Below, piece by piece: positions 12,229-27,832 of a stretch of 64,000 bases of DNA. The notes under the pieces were generated by a model. The model worked only from the letters and a program-made list of their open reading frames with translations, had not been told where the DNA came from and searched no databases. The stretch comes from the human T2T-CHM13v2.0 reference genome, Homo sapiens. The first letter of the stretch is position 1; the number at the start of each line of letters is the position of its first letter. Where the stretch lies: assembly GCF_009914755.1 (NCBI RefSeq), contig NC_060941.1; one strand, given 5' to 3'. The position numbers and the translations under genes were made by a program.

Positions 12229-12455
12229 CTAAAAGAAGCAAATATGAAGGTTAATCACTCTGAATTTCAATGTAAGTTCCAAATCGAGATGGCTCATCTT
12301 GAAGATATTACTAATTTCAACTCCAATCTTGCAAACCAAGCTGAAATCAGTATATCTCCATTAACAGTTTATTTTAGTGACTTAGCCAAATTCCTTTGGC
12401 CTAGAGTTTCACAAATGAGGTATCACTTGATAAATCTAGGATGTGATATGCAGAA

Positions 12456-12757
12456 TTTTTTTCTCTCTTTTTTTTTTTGAGATGGAGTCTTGCTCTGTTG
12501 CCCAGGTAGAAGTGCAGTAGCGTGATCATGGCTCACTGCAGCCTCAAACTCCTGGGCTCAAGTGATCTTCCTCCCTCAGACTCCCGGATAGCTGGGACTA
12601 CAGGTGCATGCCAACATGCCCAGCTAATATTTTTGTATTTTTAGTAGAGATGGGGTTTCACCATGTTGCTCAGGCTGGCCTTGAATTCTTGGGCTCAAGT
12701 GATCCACTGACCTAGGCCTTCCAAAGTGCTAGGGTTACAGGTATAAGACACACCCAG
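12456..12757 (-). mobile_element. AluJ-like SINE
   Basis: Dimeric Alu reverse complement, cctgggctcaagtgatc. Confidence 0.9.
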
Positions 12758-13929
12758 CACCCATAGATATAATATTTTAATTAAAGTAAATAAACTTTAA
12801 AAAATAAAAGTAGATGATCAAAAATCAAAGAAAACATTGAAATTGATATCTAACAGGAATAAAACAACAAAAATGAAAGGTAGGACTTTTGGTAACTATA
12901 CCAATGGGGAAATAGAAGCATTTAACAACATGGAATGGCTTAAGCAGAAGTACTAAAATACAAAATTAGGGATAACAGAAAGTGATAGGTACACTGGAAG
13001 CCCTCATATTTTACCTTCTAATACACTGTAATGACTACTTAAAAGTTGTTGTACTTCTAATTTCTCTGTCTTCCAAACCATCATTTTTATGGCTATCAAA
13101 GTATTCTTCCTGCAAGTTTATCTCTAATCCTATTTCTGTTCTGCTCTGTAAGCTTTTAAATCCTTGAGAACATCATTTAAGGGCCGCCATGATTTTATTT
13201 TTTGCCATACCTAGGACCATGGCCATTGTGCACCTTGTTTTTTGTCTATATCTAGGAGAGATTATTACCAGTTCCTAGGATCAGCTTGGGCTTTTCCTCT
13301 GCTAGGTTTCTGTTCGTTATCTCTATTTGTACCTCATACTTCTCTTGGCTGAAATCTTACTCTTTTTCAGATTTCATCTTTTAAAAGAAATCTCTGCTTT
13401 CATTTTCACAAATGAATCTCTCCCTTATCTGTTTTTCATGGACCTCTTTATTATTCAGTTGTATAATAGACTCTTAAGATGGAAAATAACTCGTGACTAT
13501 TTTAACAAGTGGTTGCTTACTCATCTGTTTATCTTTTGAGAGCCCTTTCAGGATTGAAACTGTCCATTTAATCTCCTTCCTCCCATTATCAATCTTAACT
13601 TGGACACACTGCAGAAGTCAACAATTATTTATTGAATTAATAACTTACCTTTTGGCATCCTGAAATCATAGGAAATTAGAATAGACACTCTTAAATTATA
13701 CACGTTTCCTCCTAATTTAGACAAAAGAAGAGAGGCTTTATGGAATTAATTCTTATTAGGGACTTTGGTGAAGTAATTTCTAGTTTTGACCATGTCAGTA
13801 ACTGAATTTGTAATCTTGTGTTTATTATAGACCATAATATTATCATCCTACAGAGGGCAAAATTTAAAGGATTAGCTCAGAATTGTATATCAAATATATA
13901 CAGTATACATCCACAAGAAATATACTTAC

Positions 13930-14043
13930 AACATAGAAACAAAATGACCAAATGCCACTATTTTTTCTCCCCTTGCGAAAGATGAAGGAAATCACGTATG
14001 TCATGAAGATGAGGGAAAAGGAATAACCAACAGCACATGGGAT
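13930..14043 (-). CDS. ABCA8: ABCA8 exon: [38 protein letters not shown]
   Basis: 114 nt, TAG acceptor, GTAAGT donor. Confidence 0.93.
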
Positions 14044-14248
14044 CTAAAATCAACAGGAATGTGAAGCTTAGTTAAATACAAATGCAATCAAGGAAAATAT
14101 TTAGGATTCAAAACATTGTCATAGCCCAGGATTTTATAGTTCTTTAATTTATGACCATATAAATATTGATAGAAATGTTCCAAAATTTCAAATTAAATCA
14201 CACAATGATATTGTGAATATTGTCACTTACTTGGATATTGTCACTTAC

Positions 14249-14419
14249 TTGAATAATATGAATTATTGTAAGTAGCATGTCTTCGAAGTTTGAAATGTAG
14301 CTCATTAAATATATAAAAACGAAGACCAAGAAGTACAGGGAAACATCCACCAGCGCCTGCCCAAACCAGTAAGCAGAAGGGGAGAGTCCGGAAATCCGTA
14401 GCTGGGACCGAGCTCTGTT
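14249..14419 (-). CDS. ABCA8: ABCA8 exon: [25 protein letters not shown]...[10 protein letters not shown] (second possible donor would extend it to 14231)
   Basis: 171 nt, TAG acceptor, CAA|GTAAGT donor; QL.ISG..P.AYW motif. Confidence 0.92.
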
Positions 14420-14792
14420 CTAATTAGGAGACAGCAAAGATACAAAGTTTGTGGCTTAAGAATATGTGGATTATGCAAGGAACTATTCAAGCAAAACCTT
14501 TATTTGTAACAATTCTAGATTATGTCTACAAATGTAATCTGGACTAAGGGATGTGGATAGTTACAAACATAAATAACCAGTCTGCTGCTTTAATGAACTA
14601 CATTGATGTTCATCACACACCTGGCAGAAATATGTAAAAGAAGACCTTAGAATGATCAAAGCATGAACACTGCAGCAAACAAAACAGTGATTTAATGACT
14701 TACAGGTGGGTAGGGGTGAATGGGATGGACAGTTTATTCCCTTGAACAACTACCTTCTCATCACAGTGATTCCTCTCTCTCTTTTCTCTCCT

Positions 14793-14794
<2 letters not shown>

Positions 14795-14828
<34 letters not shown>

Positions 14829-15040
14829 ATATATATATATATTATATATGGATATATATATGGATATATATATTATATATATGGATATATACACACACAT
14901 ATATATGGATATATACACACACACACATATATATGGATATATATATGGAGTGTGTATATATGTGTGTTTATTTTATATACACACATATATACACACTCCA
15001 TATATATACACACACATACACACACACACACACATATATA
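14795..15040. repeat. Compound (TA)n / (ATATATGGAT)n / (CA)n microsatellite
   Basis: Directly visible. Confidence 0.95.
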
Positions 15041-15399
15041 ATTGCTTTATCCTTTAATTGGAATAAAAGAAATTGTGTTGTTCTGCCATAGTCCACATTC
15101 AAGTATTTATCACTGATTCAAATATTTATGTGTATCTACATAAATATAAATACATTTACAAATGTAAATGTATTTTACATTATTTGTCATTCCCTAAATA
15201 AACATACCAAATTACATGTTTTAAAACTACTTATGAAGTGATGTGGTTTTCAGTATAATCAATAGGTTTGTATATTAAACTATTCTAAGAGTTGTGAATT
15301 TTTTTCTTTTAAAAAATACTTAAATTCATTTGTTGATGGGCTTTGATGAGCTAAATAATGCTCCTGCCTGAGACATAATTTGACCTAAAGATTCATATC

Positions 15400-15950
15400 A
15401 GAGCCTCACAACATCAGACACAGGTCTATGCAGGTAGTTGAATTGGTAAGGAATTGATGATTGACTCAACATATTAGAGGCAAGAGAAGAATTGAGGATA
15501 ATTTTTGGATCTTTAGGAAATGACTGAGCATGTGGTGCTGCTATATATGGAGAAAATAGCAAGGGGGGAAGACATTTAAGTATCTCTACATTCAGTTCAG
15601 TTTTGGAAGCATGAAACTTGAGACATCTGTGTTGCCTACTGTGGAAATGCTGAGAAGGGAGTTTATATCAACCTTGGAGGTCAAATTAGATACAATTAGA
15701 GATCTGGGGTAGAGTCAGATCTAGGAGTGACCAGCCAGTAGAGGGGATTCGAAGCCATAGAGCTAGATGGGTTTGCCTAAGACAGAATGGTATCTAACAT
15801 GAGAAGACAGCCAAGGGCCAATATCTGAGGATTTCCAAAATTTAAATATTACATAGAGGAATGAGAATCTCCAAAGGAGACAAACAATGGACAGTCTTAG
15901 GATAAACATGGTGAAATTGTGGCATCACAAAAGCCAAAGAAAGTGTTCAT
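15400..15950. mobile_element. L2-like fragment
   Basis: gttcagttttgga...tgagacatct...gtggaaatg...agatctgg pattern. Confidence 0.5.
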
Positions 15951-16449
15951 GTTTCCTGCGGAGGAAGTTTTAAAGTTTGGATTATGTTAACACCAGAAAG
16001 ACTTATAGTTACATCAAACTAGTAAATGGAATTTCTTGAGATTCCTGCATGTTCCACATGAAAAGGGAACATTACATAAACCATACACTCTTTTTGTGGG
16101 CAACAGAGAGAGAGAAAAAACGAAACAGATGAAGATGACATAGTAGAGATGCTTACATAAGGTTTCATAGACTTTTTCCATAAAGTCACAAAAATGGGAG
16201 TTGGCCTGGGTTATTAATCATATAAATTCACCGCCTAAGATTGCCACTCAAAATCTGGCTCCACTGCAGAACTGCTGAATCGGAATCATCTTTTAAACAA
16301 GATGCTCAGGTAATTTGTAAACACATTATAGATTCGTTTGGATTAATGAGTGTCTGTAAATAAACATTTGTAAGTTGTCAGTTCAATATTGAAGTTTTCT
16401 CTTTATCTTTTCAAGTTCTCGCATTTCCAAAAATATCATTTCCTTTTAT

Positions 16450-18240
<1,791 letters not shown>

Positions 18241-18415
18241 CCTATTTATCTATATATTTCAACTTATAAAACTTTCTTTCATTTTTATAACTTAGAATTT
18301 ATGTCTGAATTGGCTGTTCAATTAAGCATGTAGAAATATTCTTATGAAAAATTGTAAAATTACCTTCTGCTTTCAATTATGCAAAATAATGGAAGTTGCA
18401 ATTACTCATTATTAC

Positions 18416-18523
18416 CTTATAATCATCGATGCTGCTCATGGCAATGTAAGGTGGGCAACTCGATGTTAAAACCAGCCAGAACATGATATATGCCAGGAAT
18501 CCGATTGGATTGTCCTGTCCATT
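18416..18523 (-). CDS. ABCA8: ABCA8 exon: [36 protein letters not shown]
   Basis: 108 nt, CAG acceptor, AAG|GTAAT donor. Confidence 0.92.
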
Positions 18524-19789
18524 CTGAAAAACCCAAAGAATACAATGAACTGAATGAAGAAATTTAAAGTTAATTTTCTGGAATACATTTTTAAAATTTT
18601 AGACTAAGTTTACATAATTCTGCCTTAGGTCCCTTTTGAGATTCCCAGATTCCTTCATTATCCTTCCAGTTTTCACACTTAACTTTTGGCTTTCTACTCA
18701 AATTTACAGATAAGTGATTGAAAAGATGAATGCACTGATAACATTTGGAAAATAATAAGAACAAGATTTTTCTCTTTTCTTGCTTTATGATTCTAAAATT
18801 TATTTTGGTGCTAAATAATACATTATAATTCACAGTTGATACATTCAATTTCTTAGCTGATCTTTATCTCAAATGTGACAGCTTGACTCAAAAAATATCC
18901 AACATTTTATGGGTACAGTGATAATAAGTCAGTTTTTTAGGTACATCATGAGACCAGATAAATATTGGTTGAGGACGCAAAAGGAGAGATGAAGTACTAG
19001 AAGGGAGAGCAAAATCACCAAGAAAATCTTTGCCCTAGTTCCATCTGTTGTTACTCCTGTTTGTAAAAATCTTTAAGGATAAAAGATCACAAACTCTCTT
19101 GAAAGCCAGTCCCATGTTATTTTCATGATTCGCATAGTTGCTTCTTTGATTAAACACATTACTGAAGAAAGTTCTAACCAGAGCCTGGTGGTCTTCAGCT
19201 TGGTCACCAGAAAGACACTTGCTAACCATAGATGGTAAGGTTATAGCTTATTGTCTGGATGCTTCCAGAATGTCCTGAGTACTGGGTAGGGTCAATACTT
19301 AGTGGCCAATCTATTGACTTTGGGCAGGATACAAGCAAGTTCTGAAAATCTGGGCAACTCTGACTTTGCGGGCAATGAGCAGGTAAAGTAGAATAGAGAA
19401 TAAAATGAGTTGCTGGGGATATTGGTTAAAGTGACTATATTGGGCACATAAATACAAAGTCAGCTGAGCTGGTTGGTATCTAATTAATCCTAGTTGAAAC
19501 AGGATATCTTGATAGATAGAAGTCTGAGGCAATTTGCCCAATTATTGCATACTACTCTCAGAAACCAGAAAATTAAAAGGTCTTCACAGTCACAAAATGT
19601 TAATGAAGTGAACCATAGCATATATTCCAAAATTAATTAATACTTGGTGGGTCCCTAAAATCATTTACTTTAATGATTAAGTTTCTCGCACATCCTTAAT
19701 GAAAGGAAGTTTTACTTCCTGAGTACAGTGAGATATGGTGTGAGAAGGAAACTGAAGATCTTGCTGGACCATATGAAAATAATACTGGC

Positions 19790-19945
19790 AGCTGGGTGCA
19801 GTGACTCACACCTGTAATCCCAACACTTTGGGAGGCCAACATCGGAAGATCTCTTGAGCCCAGGAGTTCGAGGTTACAGTGAGCTATGATCCCGCCACTG
19901 CACTCCGGCTGGGTGGCAGAGCGAGACCCTGCCTCTAAAAATAAA
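19790..19945 (+). mobile_element. Free Alu monomer (FRAM/FAM-like)
   Basis: Single ~155-bp monomer ending gaccctgcctctaaaaataaa. Confidence 0.8.
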
Positions 19946-20244
19946 TTTAAAAGAATGACAGATATGTGATCCATTTTATGTATACATGAGTATATGATTA
20001 TTGGCCATATATATTATCATAAAACCCTAGAATGAGATGTAGATAAGTTGATGAGCCTAACACTCACTTATGTATTTAACAATTAAGTTGTTTCATGTTT
20101 ATCATGTTACAGGTTTTTTCCTACGTACAAGGTATTTATAAAGTGTTAAAAATACATGATCTATGTGCTCAAAGAACTCTCTGAAAGGGAGAAATGTATG
20201 TATTCAATAATTAAAAAGGAATCATTACAAACTTTTAGTTATTC

Positions 20245-20420
20245 TGGTTCTAAACTTAAAGGGCTATATACATTCCGATCACTTGGACCTTTGTTTAAGA
20301 ATAGATTCCCTCCTTTCACCACCCCCATGAGGAAAAGTGGTTTGATTGGTCTGGAGTAGGCCAGGGGAATTAATATTTTTGACAAGAATCTGCAGTAATT
20401 CTAATGTAGATAGTCTGAAA
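20245..20420. mobile_element. MER5-like hAT element
   Basis: gttctaaactt...tgattggtctggagtaggcc...gtaattctaatg; similar pieces near 16250 and 54330-54465. Confidence 0.5.
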
Positions 20421-20651
20421 TTCTAGCCTGAACTTTGTCTTGAATTTCTTTTGTAAAATTTCTAAAAGTAATAATAAAGCCCTTTCCTTCATTTGTTCCT
20501 TCCTTTGTTCTTTCCTTCCTTCATTCATTCGTTCATTCCTTCCTTCCTTCCTTCATTCTTTCCTTCCTTTCTCCTTTGTTTCATTTGTTCACTATTCTTG
20601 TGCTGGTCACAGTGCTGTAAGATTTCATTTTTATTGCTTCATATTCTCTTT

Positions 20652-20882
20652 TTTTTTTTTTTTTTTCCTTTTCTTTTTTTATTATACTTTAGGTTTTAGG
20701 GCACATGTGCACATTGTGCAGGTTAGTTACATATGTATACATGTGCCATGCTGGTGCGCTGCACCCACTAACTCGTCATCTAGCATTAGGTATATCTCCC
20801 AATGCTATCCCTCCCCCCTCCCCCCACCCCACCACAGTCCCCAGAGTGTGATATTCCCTTTCCTGTGTCCATGTGATCTCAT
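20652..20882 (-). mobile_element. Young 5'-truncated L1 3' end (L1PA2-like)
   Basis: Minus strand aatgagatcac...gcattgggagatatacctaatgctagatgacGAGttagt; TSD tattctcttt on both sides. Confidence 0.88.
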
Positions 20883-21104
20883 TATTCTCTTTGAAAAATG
20901 TTTTGTTCGTTTTATTTTACTTTAAACAAATTGAAGCTCTGAAAACGTATTGATTTTCCAAAGTCACAGAACTAGAATGAGTCCAAATGTTAATTTATTA
21001 TGCAGTGGTTTACTCAATAAAAACAAGATTCCAGCACTTAAAAGGGTGATCTGGGAGATTCCTGATAGAGGAGAGTCAGGAATTGTAAGATTATATATAT
21101 TTAC

Positions 21105-21242
21105 CTCCAAAAATGTACTTCTTTCAGTTCGGATATGTACTGATGGTTTAACCATTCCAAGTAGCCCATTACTAACAATGTCCATAAGAACTGGGAAGCA
21201 ATTCAATCTTTTGGCATTGCATGCTAACGAAAAGCTGTAATT
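21105..21242 (-). CDS. ABCA8: ABCA8 exon: [46 protein letters not shown]
   Basis: 138 nt, TAG acceptor, GAG|GTAAAT donor. Confidence 0.94.
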
Positions 21243-21811
21243 CTAAAATATAACAAGTAGGATATAAGTTCTCAAATATCTTCATTTTGTTCTCTAAAAA
21301 AGTCAAAATTTGACATGTTAAATTAAGAGGTTATGTTTTTCATATGGTGTTAAATAATCACAATAAAAAGCCAAACACTGTGTAAGTAAAATCAAATACT
21401 GTATAAGTAAATCAAAACATGTATATAGTAAAACTAAATCATGTATCTGATATTTAGGACACCAGATGTCTTGCTTGAGGCCAGAATCATATGTTCAGTG
21501 TTTATTGTTTAAGAACAAAACAGAAGTTTTGGAATACATGTGTTATAAAATCCTTGAGGGGAAACATGAAATGTTCGAACTTATATATAGTCTTGATAGT
21601 AGGTATTCTATAGTATGTATTTTGCTAATAGTTTGTGCCAGTAGACAATGATGGATATATGAATTGTTTATGCCAGTGAATACAATTCACTAAGTAATAA
21701 ATGAAAACAGTATTTGCTTTTCATTTTTATTTCTTAAGTTGGAAGCCTGAGTATATTGATATTATGTTAGCTTTTCACATTTTTCAGAAAGATTATTAGA
21801 GACCTGCATAC

Positions 21812-21945
21812 CTTTTCATTACAACACACTGTGATGGCTCCATTATAAGATGGGTCATCTGTGCCATTTCTAGTTCCAAATGCATCCACTTCTAAAGCTA
21901 TGTTCTGGTGCTCCACAGACTGTATAAAGTCATCAATGCTTGCCC
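21812..21945 (-). CDS. ABCA8: ABCA8 exon, ECD2: [44 protein letters not shown]
   Basis: 134 nt, TAG acceptor, AAG|GTATGC donor. Confidence 0.94.
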
Positions 21946-23297
21946 CTAAGGTGTAGTTAAAGATATTAGGTATCACAAAACTAAAAACATTAATGTCAAG
22001 TTGTGTAGTCAAATTACAGTTAATGTCATTATGTGAAGCAGTAATATGGACTGTCAGGATATTTTCTACATAACATACATAACATCTATTATTTCTCATG
22101 GAATTCCTTCATGATATTTTTATTTGCTTATGATTATTATTAATGTAAAAGATTTTTTTAGTTCCAAATGTCTTTCAAAATAGATTTTAGAATCTTGCAA
22201 TGAATGTCCATAACCAATAAAGCTTTAATGATACTGATAACTTCCATTGATTAACCACCAAATTTGCTAAGTCATTTTACTACTGCTAGATTATTAATTA
22301 ATTTTCAAAATTTTCTTGATACTGGAAGACAACGTGTAGACTAGCAATGTGAGGAGCTCTGTAGACCTTCTCCCCAGAAAAACAATCATAACTTATAAAA
22401 ATTCCTAAAAAACCAACAAATTAAAATGTTTTGAAATTGTTATAAGAGCATACAGAAAATGATGACACATTTATTTAATAAAATGTATTAAATCTCAGTA
22501 AGAACACTGAGAAATTGTGGCATTTGAGCCACAGCCTGATCCGTCTACTCCCCACTTCCTTCCCAGATCTGTGTAATAGAAGCTTCACTCTGAAAGGGTG
22601 TGGGCAAGAACAGGGATCCCTATTCCCCAAGCCCAGTTCAGGGCTATAGTATCTTCACGGGAGGGGCTTCCCATCGACTTTTCTCATTTCCCCACATCTG
22701 CGTTGCAGAAGATCAATACCAGGCAAGACTGGCTAAGAGATCTGGAGTTCTCTTCCTCCACCCATTCCCTAATCCTAAGGTGGAAGCTCTACCCTAGGAA
22801 TAAGAGGCCCAAAACACCAGGACACAATCATCCTTGTCCCATCTCACGTGTAGGGCAGAGTTTCCACGACAGGAGAGGCAAGCTGAGAAGACCAGAGGCC
22901 ACCACCCCTGCCAAGTACCCTGCTCACAAATCAGGGGTTCCACACCAAGAGAATCAGGCATGATCCATGCTTCCAGCTCTGAAGCAATGGTGAGATTCTT
23001 GTTTCAGGAACAGCGGCAAGCCATAAGAACAGTATGTGCTGAAACTCTCCCTAAATAAACTGACTTAGTTGGAACAGAGTTTGGGGAAGTTCAGGCCTAA
23101 GAGTGCACCAAAAACCATCAAGATTTTGTTGGTAAGCAATTGACAGGAGATTGCAATTCCCTTGGTTGAACCATACACCAGCTAAAAGTTTACTAGAGAG
23201 AGCAGCAAAACAGAGAGTTAAGAAGAGCCCTTCTGTGGAGAGGACACACCTCAATAACTGGCTTCAAAGACTTTTCCTACAAACAAGACCATATTTA

Positions 23298-24022
23298 TAG
23301 TAGTGCTCCCTTATCCATGGTTTCACTTTCTGCAGTTTTAGTTACTTTTAGTCCACTGCATCTCTAAAATACAAAATGAAAAATTCCAGAAATAAACATT
23401 GTATAAGTTTTAAATCGCATGGTATTCTGAGCAGATGGATGAAATCTCGTATCGTCCACTCTGTCCTGTGCAGGATGTGAATCAGCCCCTTGTCTTCTGT
23501 GTCCACACTGCATATGCTACCTACTCATTAGTTACTTAGTCGCCACCTCCGTTATCAGATCGACTGTCAAGACATCACAGTGCTTGTGTTCAGTTAACCC
23601 TGATTTTACTTAATAGTGGCCCCAAAGCACAAGAGGAGTAATGCTGGCAATTTGGATATGTCAAAGAGAAGCCATATATTGCTTCCTTTAAGTGGAAAGG
23701 TGAAAGTTATTGACTTAATAAGGAAACAATAAAAAAATTGTATGCTGAGGTTGTTAAGATCTACTCTGAGAGCAAATCTCTTCTGTAAATTGTGAAGAAG
23801 AAAAAAGAAACTCATGCTAGTCTTGCTGTTGCACCTCAAACTGTAGAAGTTATAGCCATAGTGCATGATAAGTGCTTAGTTAAGATGGAAAAGGCGATAA
23901 ATTTGTGGATAAAAAACATGAACAGAAACGTGTTCTTATGGATGGCCATTAGTTTGGTACTATCTGTGGTTTCAGGCATCTGCTGGGGATCTTGTAATGT
24001 TTCAGATGAGAGGGAATTACCG
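23298..24022 (+). mobile_element. MER44 (Tigger7-derived) non-autonomous DNA transposon
   Basis: Degenerate TIRs tagtagtgctcccttatc / gatgagagggaattaccg flanked by TA; atggccccaaag start and transposase N-terminal remnant (ORF 23792..24025). Confidence 0.85.
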
Positions 24023-25184
24023 TAATTGGATCAAACTGTGGAGCAACTTATGCATATGGGCATTTTTGAAAACAATAGGCCAATCAGCTTGCTACTGGTG
24101 GTGCCTAACAACTGAATGTGATACCAGTAGAGTTAGCCAGTGTAATGGAGAGATCAGGAAAAGAGACAAAGAAAGGTCTGCTAAATCTATTGCCATCTCA
24201 GGGGAACAATGCACATGGCCAAAGTTATGCCTCTGAAGAATGGCATCAGAGTTGTATAAAGCAGGGGAAATGAGTAAACAATAATCACAAGCTTCAAGAC
24301 AAGTTGGGGGTCATTATTCAAAGTTGTTACAATCTATTACTTTAAATGTCCAGTTTTCAACCAAAATTATGAGACATGCTAAAAAATAAGAAAGTGTCAC
24401 TCTTATACAGGAAGAAAAGTAGGCAACAAGAACTGCCTTTGGAAGGCTGAGATAGCAAACCTAAAAAACAAAGACTTCAAGGCAGGTATTGTAAGTATGC
24501 TCAAAAAACTAAAAGAAAGCATGTTTAGAGAAGTGAAGAAAGGTATGATGACAATGTCTCACCAAATAGATTATACCAATAAAAAGTTATTTCAAGTAAT
24601 AAAGAACCAAATAGAAATTCTGGAGTTGAAAGTACAATAATTGAAATGAAAAATTCACTGAAGGAGCTCAACAGTAGATTTGAATGATCAGCAGAAAGAA
24701 TTAGCAGACCTGAAGATATATTAAATGGGATTATGCAACCTGAAGAACAACAACAATAAAAAAACAGAACCTCAGAAAAATGTGGGACATTATTAATCAC
24801 ATTATTTCATATGCAATGGAAGTTACAGAAGGAGAGGAGAGAGATAAAAGAAGAGAAAAACAACCACTGAAGAAATAATGACTGAAAACTTACCAAATTT
24901 AATTAAAAACTTTATACATCCAAGAAGTTCAACCAACTCCACGTGGGATGTATGCAAAGAGATCCAAACCCAGACACATCAGAGTAAAAATGGTGAGGAC
25001 AAAGGCAAAGAGAATGTTTCCGTGGTGATGTGTAAGGAAACACCAATAAGAACCCAGCTGATTTCTCATCAGAAACAAAGGAAGCCAGAACACAGTAAAA
25101 TGACATATTCAAAGTACTGAAAAAAATTCAGCCAGGTATTTTATATTTAGCAAAACTAGCTTTCAAAGATGAAGGCGGTAATAG

Positions 25185-25316
25185 GTATGATGTACACTGT
25201 TTGAGTGATGGTTACACCAAAAGCCCAGACTTCACCACTACACAATATATCCATGTAGCAAAACTGTACTTTTATCCTGTAAATCTATAAAAATAAAAAT
25301 AATAAAGAATAAAAAA
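25185..25316 (+). mobile_element. Short L1PB/L1MA-type 3' end nested in the older L1
   Basis: aaaagcccagacttcaccactacacaatatatccatgta + A-tail; degenerate TSD gatgaagg..aatag. Confidence 0.7.
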
Positions 25317-27832
25317 TGATGAAGGTAGAATAGAACTTTTTTCCAAGATAAACAAAAATGAAGAATTTGTTATAGCAGACTTGCCTTATAAGAAATACTT
25401 AAAACTGAAAGCAAATAACCCCAGATGGCAATTTGAATCCAAGTGAAAAGGCCAAAGAGGATCAGCAAACACAACTATGTACTTATAATTGGTAGTATAA
25501 TGCGTATTTTTCCCTCTCTTGTATTAACTCATTTTAAAAGCAAATGTATAATGCAGTATGTATATAATTTTATTGTTGAGGCGTAAAACATAGACATGTA
25601 AAATATTTGAAAACAATGGCACAAAGGAGGCAGGTGGAAGCCTAGCTGTATTGGAGTAAGGACATCACATAAGATGATAATATGAATTCACAGGAACAAA
25701 TGAAGAGAACAAGAAATGGTAAATAAAAATTTCAATGAGCTACAGACTCTTTCCTCTGATATAGCTGTATTCACTCTTCCCCATTTTGATGTTATTATTA
25801 CACATATCACATCTATATGTTTTTAAACCAGCAATACATTGGTACAATTATTACTCAGTATGATTTCATATCTTTTAAAGAAGCTGAGAGAAGAAAGGAG
25901 AGTAAGTACATATTTGTAGACTTTGTTACATTAATCTTAAATCTGTGTAAACTTTAAGTAGATTAAAATAAGATGTATATTCTAGGCCCAAAAACAATCA
26001 CCAAGAACATAATTCAAAAATATAATAAAAAATCATTAAAATAATTAAATCATTAAACTAGAAGATATTCAATGCCAAAGAAAACAGTAAAGAAGAAATA
26101 GAGGAACAAAAAAGACATGAGACATTCAGAAAACAAACAATAAACTGGCAGATACAAATCCTACATTATTAGTAAAAATATGATTTGTGAATAAAATAAT
26201 ACACTCAAAAGGCATAGATTGTTAGATTGTATTTAAAAACACTATCCAACTATATACTGTTTATAGGATACACATATCAAATTAAATTTACAGGAGACAC
26301 GTATTAAATTTCATTGATACAAATTGAAAGCAGAAGGTGGAACAATACATCATGCAAGATAAAACCATGGGAAAACTGGAGTGGCTCTTCTAATATCAGA
26401 CAAAATAGATGAAAACAAAAAATGTTACTAGAAAGCATAAGAGACATTTTCTAATGATACAAGGGTCAAAACAGCAGGAAGTTATAACATTTATAAACAT
26501 ATATACACTTAAGAGAGACTCGAAATACAAAATAGCACTGAAAAGTGAAATATACAAATTTTCACCCACAACAGCAGAATGCACATTCTTCTCAAGTGCA
26601 CAAGGAACATTCTCCAAGATGAGCTAAAGGCAAGGACATCAAACAAGCCTCAACACATCCAAAAAGGTTGAAATTTTATAAACTATGATCTCTGACCACA
26701 AGGGATGAATTTAGAATTCAACAACAAAAACTTAGAAAATCACAAATTTTTGGAAACTAAATAGTCTACTCCTAAATAACCAATGAGTCAGAAAAGAAAT
26801 CACAAGGGAAATTAGAAAATATTTTGAGATAAATGAAAATTAAAACATGATATACCGAAACTTATGCTATGCAGCGAAAGCATAGCTTAGAGGGACGTTT
26901 ATAGCTGTAAACACCTATGTTAAATAAAAGAAGAAAAATCTCAAACCAGTGAGTGAAACTTCTGTGTTAAGACACTGAAAAGAGAGGAACAAGCTAAACA
27001 CAAGGCAAACAGAAAGAAATGAAACCAAGAATATTGGTTTGGAAATGAGTGACATAGACAATAGAAAAACAATAGAGACAGTTAAGCTAGAAGTTGGTTC
27101 CTTGAAAGCATCAACAAAATTGAGGAACCCTTAGCTAGGATGACCAAGAAAAATAAAATAACATGAAAATTACTAAGATCAGGAACAAAAAGAGGGCATG
27201 AATACCAGTCTTACAGATTAAAAGGATTAAAATGGAATATGTTTGTGTAACAACAAATTAGATAATATAGTATAATGGAAAAATTCCTGGAAAGACAGAA
27301 ACTATTAAACTGATACAAGAAGAAATATAAAATGTAAGGAGACCTGTAACAATTAAGAGATCAAATTGCTAATTACAAAACTTCCCATAAAGAAAATCCC
27401 TCACCCAGATAGCTACACTAGTACATTTCTACCTAATAAACAAAAATTGTCAATCCTTCACAAAGTCTCAAAAAAAAAAAAAAAAAAGAAGTGCAGGGAA
27501 CATTTGCCAACTTATTATATGCAGCAAGTATTACCCTGATATCTAAAGACATTAGCATAAAATAAAACTACAGACCAATATCCCTTATGAATAGAGATGG
27601 AAAACATTATCAACAAAACCCTAGAAAATCAAATCTGGGAGAAAATGGAAAGGATTATACACCATGACCAAGTATGATTTATCCTATAAATGCAAGGTTG
27701 GTTTAATGTCTGAAAATAATATGGTATAAAACCCACATGATCATCTCAGTAGACACAGAGAAAACATTTGACAAATCCAACATCTGTTCATAATGACAAC
27801 CCTAAAACAAAAACAAACTAGAAAAAGACATG

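Noticed and set aside
14700-15091. YI/HT-repeat ORFs
   Set aside because: Microsatellite translations.
23620-24025. Domesticated Tigger transposase gene
   Set aside because: Interrupted N-terminal remnant in a non-autonomous MER44 element with no catalytic domain.
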